64,000 bases of DNA from Takakia lepidozioides (taxonomy: Eukaryota; Plantae; Bryophyta): positions 43,896,001 to 43,960,000 of the forward strand of contig CM060734.1 in the NCBI GenBank assembly GCA_030704615.1, in the 5' to 3' direction. The notes beneath the pieces were generated by a model. That model ran no database searches and was not told the DNA's origin. It was given only the letters and a program-made list of their open reading frames with translations. Below, one piece after another: positions 48,328 through 59,000 of the stretch (positions are counted from its first letter, which is position 1; each line of letters opens with the position of its first letter). Both the position numbers and the translations under genes were made by a program.

Positions 48328-51276
48328 TACACCCCCCACTCAGTACACACGTTACTTACTACATGCAGCTTCTTCAACAAGTCGCCGACGTTTTGTTCAA
48401 GCTTGTTGCAAGCAAGCAAGCAAGCTTCTAGCAGAGCCAAAGGTTGGTAATACCAAGGCTATGGATGACCTCTGTGTCCCTCAACTTGTCAACTGGCTTG
48501 CCATGTTCACCGCCGCGTGTTGAGCAAAGCTAAGTACTCACTCAACACACAGATATTTACAGTAAAATTCCACAAACAACCAACAAAACTCAGCTCCCAA
48601 GAATTTTCTTCACTATAGCCTCAGAATCTCCCGAGTATTCCTTGCATTTTCCCGCCATGGAAATGGGCATCTTTCAAGGAAGAAAACAGGACAGACAGTA
48701 AGTTAGAATATGATTTATCTCTGTAAAGCCTTGTAGCAGAGCCAATAGAGGTGCTAACTGTGAGAGTAGAATATTTGGCACCCAAGTTTCCACAAATACA
48801 CACCCATGCTGCCATGGCCCCACTGCAGCAGAGCAGCCACAGTGGGGATAGGGTTGAAAGTAGGGGCTCGTGCACAGGCCTTCGTGGCACCCTCTCACTG
48901 GCTGTCCTAGATTCATTTCACGTGGACTACAATTGAGATAAGATCGACCGGCCTCCTGCACTGCACCTGCTTAATCACTCTGCCCTAATTTAACCCTAAT
49001 CAAATCCTACAACAGACCCCATCCGTGCTCCCCCCAGACCCGCATCCCTAATCTGGCCTCACACGTGCCTGCAGGTTGGCGGCTGGCCCAGTCCACGCAC
49101 CACCTAACCGCGGTTAGGTAGCCCTAACCAGCGTACATAGTGGGCTCCCTCAGTACGTTGCGCCAAGTACAGGGGGTCGCACGGAAAAGCTGGGCCGGGC
49201 GGTGAAGCGCCCATCCCAATATTCAGAATCCCGGGACGGCACGGCCGCGCAGAGCACGTCTTCCGACATGCGTTTCCGACGCTCCGATCTCTCCCGGGAC
49301 AGTTTCAGCTTTTCCAGGCCCGTTCCATCGGCACGAGTGAACGGAACGGTTGAGGGGGACGGGAGGCGGGGCCTGAACCTGGTCGACTGCGCACAAGCGG
49401 CTGCGGTGGAGCCACGCCGCGGCAGGCGCGGCGTGCCCCGGTAGCCGCGCGGTGATCGGAGAAGCTTGTCTGTGTACGTGGCTCCCTGAGGTTGGTGGGA
49501 AAGTGCACAAAAGTGTGACGGCCGCCGGCAAAAGGAAACGGCGGCGACGATCGGGGCAAAATACGGGCGAGCGCGTTGCGGTGGCGCGTTGCGCACACGC
49601 GACGGCAGGCGTGCACACGCCCTCCCCCAATCACGTCCCCTGCCACGGACGCGTCATCTTCTCGTCGGCCTACGTCAACTTATCGTCGCCGGTTCTGCCC
49701 GACTGCGCCTCGTCAGCAGCAGCCGTTCCGGCAGAATGATGCATGGATGACGCCCGCCATCCCCCCAATCATGGTCGGAGGCAATCATTCGTTCCATGCA
49801 CACATCCATCCATCCGTCCATCCATCGCGTGTGTGGTCATTCATCCGTGATCGTCCGAGCTAATCAGATATGGATTAGGGCATCCGGCAGGCACAATAGA
49901 GTACACGCCAGCACAGTGTGCTTGGGTTCGAATATCGATTCGCTTCTCGCCTGCCCCGCTTGCAACCTGCACACTATTTTCGCCCTGTTGGCCCCACCCC
50001 CGACTGTGGATGGAGCTCATGGATGAAGTACATCGATCTACGTTCGTCGCTGCTCTGACGAAAAGTTGGGTCTGCTGACCTTCGATGGGTGACGTGGAGG
50101 GTTCTGTGGGGTGTAAGACATAGGCCAATGGGAGTGGGGCGTGTGGAGGGCTGTCGGCAACATGGCGACAGGATTGGCACCCGCGCCTGCCGCGCCTCCT
50201 CCAGTCCCTGCGTTGCCATGTTCCTCGCTCCTCCGCGCGTGCGAAGCGCCCTTTGCCGGATGTCGTTTCCAGCAGCCGGAAAAATATCGCGAGGTGATGG
50301 ATGGATGGATGGATTTCTCCACAGGGGGCCACCCTTGGAAACAGAGGGCTGCGGTGAGATTACATGGATGGATTGCGTCCATATTCTGCTTTGTGACCAT
50401 ATTCAAGTTAGCCAGCTTCTTCAGTCTGCAGCTCTGCTAAGGGCTGAATGTGTGCTGCTTCAAGTGCTATCAGAAGCCTCAAGAGTCCCACGAATTCGAA
50501 GCGGTTGTTTCAAGAGCTTGTAAGCACAATCACTCGATTGGGTTCAGACTTGGTTCATTCCTGCTCTCACGTCACTCTTCCAGCAACCCGAAGGTTCCAT
50601 AAATTACGAAGTAATTTAATCTGATGCACAACTGAGCTGCAACTATCAAACTACATCAGCTAATCATGCAATCTGCTCAGCTAAAATTCACATTTGAAAG
50701 CGGAGTTCTTAGGTGGGTAATAAGAGCTCGGTCTCTGGCTCACAAAAGGAAGCGTGAATCAAAGGGCCTGCAAGCTCAAGGTAGATGTGATAAGATTAAT
50801 GCACGACAAGACCTAAGTCCCTCTCTGATCGATGATCGAGCTACATACATGGACTTGCAAACACAATTTAATTGTTTTTACATGTGAATGTCTTTTCTCA
50901 TGGACAAACGGTCTGATTTGCAATGGGATCCGGAGTTAAATACCTTCCTGGTATAACAGGATAATTATGCAAATATGGACAATTTGAGGTCCAATTCCTC
51001 TGAAACTGTGGCGTAAAGAAGGTCTACTGACTTCAACTCACAGTTTGCCTATATCCAAGAATCCATATCAATTGTTACCAATGAATAAGCTAGTTAGCCT
51101 GCATCCAACCTCGCTCCATCCAGCTTCAGAGATATATAGAGATAGCTCTACTATGATCCAATGGGCACCAAAGTTTAATTAAATGCAAGGAAAATAATTT
51201 CACGTCTGATGTTTGTGGCTCAAAGTCTACCTTCAGTCCATTTGAAAGGAAGACTGGGCATGCCTCGAGCATCCCT

Positions 51277-51488
51277 CTAAACTGCATCCGAACCCTCGGC
51301 CTCAGGTACTTCCATAATTGGTGCTAATTTCAAGCCGGTGCAGAATGCGTACTTGGAGTCGACTTTCGGAACATAATGTTTCCAGAACCAGTGATCACTC
51401 CACACGAGGCCCATTTCCTCGATGGGCATGCCCTTTGTCTCAGGAAGCAAAAAGAACACAGCTAGCTGCATTACAATCACCCACCCGG
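51277..51488 (-). pseudogene. Sugar transport protein (STP/MST) terminal exon fragment cut by a Copia insertion
   Basis: [39 protein letters not shown], the STP C-terminal PETKG signature, directly abutting the LTR. Confidence 0.88.
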
Positions 51489-51764
51489 TGTTGAACGTAA
51501 ATGAATACTCACTAGAATAGAAAGAAAGAACAGTAGACCAGTTGTAAGAAACGGAGCAACGACATGCTCAAAAGATGCTCATACAAGGTTACAAGATAGA
51601 GAGTACACACGAGCATATATCTAACTACACCAGATCAGAGAGATGCCATAGCCAGTTAGGCGGAAACACACTTAGACGGAAACAGTTTGAATCCTATGAT
51701 CTGGCATACTAATTCATCTATGTGTCCAGCGAATCATTCATCGTATACACAATGAAATTCAACA
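51489..51764 (-). repeat. 3' LTR of the Copia element (276 bp)
   Basis: TGTTGAA...TTCAACA termini. A minus-strand purine-rich tract (AATGAGTGGAAG) lies immediately inside at 51765-51776. Confidence 0.85.
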
Positions 51765-54652
51765 CTTCCACTCATTGTGGATGCACCAACTCATGATCAA
51801 AGAAAAACTGATCAATGTAACGTGAACCTTCCACTCATTGATCGCAGGTAAGCCCAAGCAAAAAACGAAAACGATTGAACTTGTCTGCTGGTAGAGCTTT
51901 TGTAAGGATATCTACGATCTGGTCATGAGTGCCAATGTACGACAGTTAAACCAAGCGACGGATCTGAAAATCACGAATCATGTGATAGCGTATGTCGATA
52001 TGATTGGTTTGACGATGGTACTCGGGGTTGTACACAAGCCTTATAGCACTCTGGTTATCACCAAAAATCATGGTAGGAGCAGTCTATGGAAACCCAATGT
52101 CCTCCAACAGTCTCCTCAGCCACACAACTTCCTTTGATGTTAGTGATGCAGTGACATATTCTGCTTCGGTAGTCGATCCAGCTACACATGCCTGCTTATG
52201 GCTAATCCAAGTAACTGGTGCTGCGTTCAGAAAAACAAGGCACCCACTTCTCGACTTCCTGTCATCGACATCTCCTGCAAAATCAGCATCTGCGTATGCC
52301 ATCAAAGTGTTCTCCTTATCCCCAGCAGCATAATATAACTTGAAATGGGATGTACCTCGCAGATACTTCATGATCCTTCTGACAGCATTGCAATGTACAT
52401 GCTTGGGCTTGGTACAGAATTTTGCAACTGTTCCCGCAGCAAATGCGATATCAGGACGACTCCCTAGCATTGCAAACATGATGTTCCCAACAATCTCATA
52501 AAATGGAAAATCTGGTTCTTCATTTTCAAGATGAGCATCCAAGTTCAATTGCACATTGGAATCCATGGGTGTAGAGGCAGTGTTGGCTATATTAAAACCA
52601 TATTTCACAAGTATGCGCAAAATATACTGAGTTTGATCAATGAAGATCATCCTCTGCTCACGGTTTCGGGTGATATGCAGCCCAACATAACAATCCGCTG
52701 TTCCTGCTGTAACCTCAAAAACCTTGTTGAGATGATCAACCACATGATCCAGCCTCTGTTTATCTTTGCAACCTCCAAGCCCATCATCCAGAAAGATGGC
52801 AATTGCAAGCACAGGGGACTTCTTGTTATTGATGTACACACAAGGATCTGCTGTCGTAGGCTGCAGGTCATACTGGATAAGAAACTCATTGAACTTGGTG
52901 TTCCATGCACGACTTGCTTGCTTCAGCCCATAGATCCCTTTCAGCAGTCGACACACTAAGCCTGGGTTCTTTTTGTCCTCAAAACCCTGTGGCTGTTCCA
53001 TATAAATTTCTTCCTCCAAATCCCCATGCAGAAAAGTTGATTTCACATCGAACTATAGCAGTTCCATATCTTCCATGGAGTCACACTTGGCAACAGGTGA
53101 AAATTTTTGCTCATAGTCAATCCCATATTCCTGAGAATATCCTTTAGTAACCACCCGAGCCTTGAAGCGGTCAATGCTTCCATCATATTTACATTTCACC
53201 TTATATATCCATTTGCTCTTCACAGCCTTTCTTCCTTTGGGCAACTCACATAATTCCCATGTAGCATTCTTCATCAGGGATTGATACTCATTTGTCATTG
53301 CCTTATCCCACTCTTCTTTGTGGTCAGAAGCAATAGTTTGGTCATAGTTATGAGGTTCCTCCATTAATTGTTGTACTGCACATCCAATGGAAGTATATGT
53401 CCCTGGCTGGGCTACCCAGTCACCAAAACGATTTGGGGGTCCACGTGACCGTTTTCCAGGTACCTCAGTATCGATATTTTCATGCTCATGATGACTATTC
53501 TCCTCTTGATAAAAAAATAGAAGAACTTCCACTGCTCCCACTGTCTGCATCAACATGCTTTTGAGCGATTCCGAGATCAACAACCAACTTAATGGGGTAC
53601 ATCTTCAATGAGATGTAAAATTTGCATTGGCTGCTGTTGTGATACTGCAGCTTCTATATGGACATGTGTGTCATCATGAAAGATAACATCCCTGCTAATA
53701 ATAACCTTCTTCTTCACTCTGTCCCAGAGGCATGCACGTAAGCATCACTTCCAAAAACACGCATGTGTGCTACATCAGGCTTTCGCTTGCACCATGCTTG
53801 TAATGGAGTTATCCCCTCTAGGGTTCGTGAGCCAGTTTGGTTAAGAACATAAACTGCAGATTGAACAGCCTCTCCCCAAAATTTCAAAGAAATGTTTCGA
53901 CCATGAATCATGCACCTAACATTCTCAATAAGTGTCATATTCTCTCTCTCTGCTACTCCATTTTGCTCGGGAGTATAAGGTGAAGTAAGTTCATGTTTAA
54001 CGCCTTCTTGGTCAAGGAAAGATTTTACCACATTTCCAGTGTACTCTCCTCCTCTATCACTCCTTAGTTTGAGAAGCTTGTTGCCTGTTGCAGCTTCGAA
54101 GCAAATTGGATTCTAAGAGCAGCGAATGTATTTTTCTTGGATACAGTGCTGAAAGCAAAGCGTACCCTCATTGACTCAGCTATCATCTTCTTGAGACAAG
54201 AAAGAACCTCAGATTTCTTTTTAATACAGTACACCAACGTGTATCCACTGTAGTCATCCTTGAACAACACAAAGTATAAGGCTCCTCCTACCGAAGCTAC
54301 ACTCATGGGACCGCACACATCTGTGTGATAGAATTGTCCTGGCTTCTCAGCTCTCTGTCGCTCATGAGTTATAGGAAAAGATTGCCTATAATTTTTCTCA
54401 TGTGCACATCCAACACAGAAAAGATCATCGGAGTCTTGGTCTGTAAACTTCAAACCAGTAACCAAACCCTCTCTCTCCATTTTCTTAATCATATCAAAAT
54501 GGACATGACCCAAATGTTCATGCTATCTTTTGATAGTATCTCTTCCAATGTCAGTAGTTGCACTGGTGATTGCATTGGCTTGTCCTTTGGGTACATCGAC
54601 CTTGAACTGCATTCTCCAGAGTTGGCCATCTTTGATTCCAACCATCACTAAC
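51489..54652 (-). mobile_element. Ty1/Copia LTR retrotransposon, decayed; 5' part cut by a CACTA element
   Basis: GAG-pre-integrase (GHVHFD), integrase (HTDVCGP, SDRGGEY, TPEQNGVAER), RT (RFKARVV, FLHGDLEEEIYMEQPQGF, FLDD) and RNase H (YADADFAGD, TTEAEY) in Copia order, with frameshifts. Confidence 0.93.
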
Positions 54653-57600
54653 CACTACAAGATATGAGCGTTTTTAGGACTATGGCTTTGGCGGAGTCAT
54701 AAAAACTGCACTAGGTAGACGACTATAGAGCGTTGAAATGCGTTGCAGTCATAGTTTTATGACTCTGTAGTAATGGATATCACTACATGATTCCGGAAAG
54801 TTAGGGAGCATTGGTCAAACATTGTTGACCATGATGACAGGGATGATTTATGTGACTAGTGTGATATGTTTGACTACACGTGGACGACGTTTCATAGAAT
54901 CTTATGACTCCATGACTGAAGATGGTTTCACAGCTCTATTTATACGACGACATCACTACATGTGTCATTTTGAAGGCACATATAATGCTAATAAGGTTGC
55001 CCATTAGGCTTTAAAAAGTTAAAAAGTTGCTAATAAGGTTGCCCATTAGGTTTTAAAAAGTTAAAAAGTTGCTAATAAGGTATCCATTAGGGTAATCATG
55101 AACAGAGAGGAGGGCTGGGAATTGGCGTTTTTTTTTCTCATGCGCCACACCACCTAACCGAGGGATGGAACGCGATAATAGCAGGATATGTAGGGGCGTG
55201 GGATGGAGGCGTTGAGCAAATGATGCAGGAAGGAGAAGACGAGATGAGGAGAAGCTCGCCGTTCTTGGGAGAGTCAGCTTGGTCTTAGCAGGCATGTTTC
55301 AATCTCTACCTACTCAGCTGCACCGTAGTGGTTCGATCTCATAGACCAATCCGACATTACCTGACTACAAACACAAGCGGCACACACAAGAGGTCCTTTT
55401 GGGTCGATGGTCGGTCAAATCCTCCATGGGTCAGGACACGAGGTCAAGGACAATGTGGTAAGGGCACCTTCTTCTACCTATTTCAGCCTGTGTTGCCCTC
55501 TTATCAGACTCGGCCGCAAGATGCATATTGAATTTTGTAAGTTAGGTCGTTGGGTAGATCTGTGGTGGTTTGGAGTGACTTTGGCAAGTTACTGCCAGTC
55601 TTGCAGCAGGGAAGTATCCAAAAACATATAATAGAGGTGAGGAGAAGCTTTGGGGTGAACACATTCCGACCCCAGTCACAGTGGGACAATGGAGACAAAA
55701 AGGTGAATGCCCGTTGGATTACCGAGAGAAGCAGAGGCATTTCAGATTGTGATAAGTAGGGTTGGGGTGTTTTGGGGAAGAACTCCACACCAGTATGGTT
55801 GGGGTGTTTGCTGGTAGAATTCTAGGTTGTCAGAGGCATGATAGCTGAAGGAGCAGGGATAGAGTGTGGGTCCAGATTCATCCAAGAGGGCTGGATTTCA
55901 AGCTCCACATTACCTATGATTCCCTGTGGGAGGATAGCTACAAGAAACCTACATGGGTAGATGGTCAACTAGAAGCGGCAACAGCAGCGGCACAATTGAT
56001 AAAGTCATGCGCTTCTACTGAAGGCACCTCTTTCAACACATTTCACCATGTTTTTCCCTCTTATCAAAATCAGCCCTAAATTTCCATATTGAATTTTGCA
56101 AGTTAGCTAGTTGAGTGAATCTAGTTTGGAGTAAGTTTGACATGATACTGCCAATGTGACAACAGGAAAGTATGTAATAGAGATGAGGAGAAGTTGTGGA
56201 ATGGATACTTTTGTGACCCCAATCAATGGTGAGACAATCGAGCAAAAAATGTGAATGCCTGTTAGATTATAAAGAGTAGCAGACGCAATTCAGCATAGGA
56301 ACTAGGGTCATGAGCTAAGTTGGGTGTCTAGGCTGTTATTGTCAGCTGCTAGCAGCAAGGCAAGGATGAATGCATGATTTGTGCATACGCATGGATAGCT
56401 GAAGGAGAAGGGATAGAGAGTGGGTACTTCCAAGAGGGCCAGATTTCAAGCACAAGATTACCTATGATTCCCTGTGGATCAATAGCCACAAGAAATCTGC
56501 ATGGGTAGATGGTCAACTGAAGGCAGCAGCTGCAGCGACACAGTTGATAAAACCAGGCACCTCAACCGTGACCACAGTTTCTGGAAGCGGATCAAGAGAG
56601 GGAATCCACAATGCCTCTTCTGGCACTTATGGGCATGTGAAGATGCTTTGGGAGGCAGGCAGACTTACAGAGGCTCTACATACTTTAAACCAAGGAGGCA
56701 TTTCAGCAGATTCAGATACGTCTGTTTGTCTCTTGCAAAGTGCATCAAGGTGAAAGGCCTGGAAGCTAAAAAGCAGGTGCAAACTCACATTATCCAAAGT
56801 GGATTCACGCCAAATGTTATTCTTCTCAACACCCTTGTCAACATGTATGTTAAGTGCGGGAGCATCATGGATGCTCACCAAGTGTTCAATAGAATGCCTC
56901 AACGATCTTTGATCATGTGGAATATAATGTTGGGAGGATCTACCAAGCATGGGTGTGGTAGGAATGCTTTGGAGACCTATGAGCAAATGATAGGGGAAGG
57001 GGTGAAGCCCGAGCACATCACATTTGTGTGTGTTTGCAGTGCGTGTGCAAGCTTGGCAGCCCTTGAAAAGGTCAAAGAAGTGCATGCTGACATCGTCAGA
57101 GCTGGAATCGTACCAGATGTAATCCTGAACACTGCCCTGGTGGACATGTATGCCAAATGTGGGAGCATCGAGGATGCAAAGGGAGTGTTCAACAATATGG
57201 CTGAACGAAATGTGGTGTCGTGGAGTGCGATGCTCGCAGGGTCCATGGTGACATCATCAAAGCTGGATTTGTACCAGATGTCATTCTGAACACTACCCTG
57301 GTGGACATATATGCCAAATGTGGGTGCAGCAAGCCTGATGCGAAGGGAGAGTTCGACAATATGGCTGACCGAGATGTGGTGTTTTGGAGTGCCATGATTG
57401 CAAGGTATGTGCAGCATGGGTATGGGATTAAGGCTTTGGAAACCTAAGAGAAAATGATGTGGGAAGGGATGAAGCTAGACCATGTCATGTTCATTTGTGT
57501 TTATAATATGCATATGCGAGCCTAGCAGCCCTGGGAATGGTCAAAGAGGTTCACAGTGACATTATATCAAAGCTGGAATTGTACTAGATGTCATTCTGAA

Positions 57601-58465
57601 CATTCCCCTGGTGTACATCTATGCTAGTTAAGTGTTCAACAGAATGCCTCAACGATCTTTGATCACGTGGAATATAATGTTGGCAGGATTTACCAAGCAT
57701 GGGTTGGTAGGAATGCTTTGGAGACTATGAGTAAATGCTGTGCAAAGGGGTGAAGCCCAACCAGATCACATTTGTTTGTGTTTGCAATGCGTGTCCAAGC
57801 ATGGGAGCTCTGGAAAAGGGGAAAGAGCTCGAGGTCCATGGTGACATCGTCAAAACTGGAATTGTACCAGATGCCATTCTGAACACTGCCCTGGTGGACA
57901 TGTATGCCAAATGTGGGTGCATTAAGGATGCGAACGGAAATTTCAACACTGTGGCTGAACATTTTGTAGTGTCGTGGAACGCGATGCTTGCAGGGTATGC
58001 ACAGGGACATGGTATGGAGGCTTTGGAGACCTATGATTGAATGATGGGGGCAAGGGTGAAGCCCACTGACCACATCACGTTTGTATGCATTTGCAATGTT
58101 TTTGCAAGCCTGGCAGCCCTAGAAAAGGGCAAAGAGGTCCATGGTGACATTTTTAGAGGTGGTTTGTACCCGATGTCATTTTGAACAACACCCTGGTGGA
58201 TATGTATGCAAAATGTGGGTGCATCGAGGGGCGCGGGATGGAGGCCTTGGAGACAATTCGTAGATGGTCAATTGGAAAAGCAGCAAAAGTAGCACAATTG
58301 ATAGAACGAGGCACCGCTAACGAAGGTACCTTCTTCAACACATTTCAGTCTGTTTTCCCTGTTATCAGAGTCGTCCATAAATTTTCATGTTGAATTTTGC
58401 AAGTTAGCTGGTTGAGTGAACATTTGATAGTTGATTTTGACATGGTACTGCCAATGTGACAACAG
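54653..58465 (+). mobile_element. CACTA element (left end) carrying PPR-derived cargo, interrupted by the second MULE
   Basis: Begins CACTACAAGA exactly where Copia homology ends. Internal sequence is homologous to 590-3320 and 15233-16055, which sit next to a CACTA transposase remnant. The right end is not seen. Confidence 0.65.
56630..58230 (+). pseudogene. PLS-class PPR pseudogene
   Basis: LNTLVNMYVKCGSIMDAHQVFNRMPQR, GVKPEHITFVCVCSACASLAALEKVKEVHADI, NTALVDMYAKCGSIEDAKGVF, with internal duplications, frameshifts and stops. Confidence 0.9.
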
Positions 58466-59000
58466 GGGGGGAATGCTTGCGCGTGAGCCTGGCCGCGTGA
58501 GCCTGTGAGCCTGTGAGCCTGGCTAGGCTCACGCCACGTCAGCAAGCTTCCATGTGTTCAGGCCGTAATTCCGTGCTTACCCCCCCCTATTACCGCGGAT
58601 CAGCTGTCGCCTATGTCCTAATTTTTTATCCCTCTTCAAGGCCCCCACATGAATATTCTTTGTGGCCGAGAACAATGGCAGGTTTGCGGATGAATTATGA
58701 TTGAGGTCATGGCTTTGGAATGAGGAGATCGTCCACTAGAGAACTGAATATTAAAACCAAACATTTTTTTTGGGCAAAGCAGTACATTCATTCCAACACA
58801 CAATCATTTTTCAATTCCGCAATCCGAAGACCTATTTTAGGCAATCCCCAACTGTACTTACGGGAACGCGCAAAGAACTTGAAAAACAGTTTGGAGATGG
58901 AAGCAAAACCAAAATACAATTTATTGAGCCTCGGTACTTGAACCTAAAGAAATATTGGAGGTTTCAGAGGAACCACTTCCAGAGTGTACAGCAATATCAT

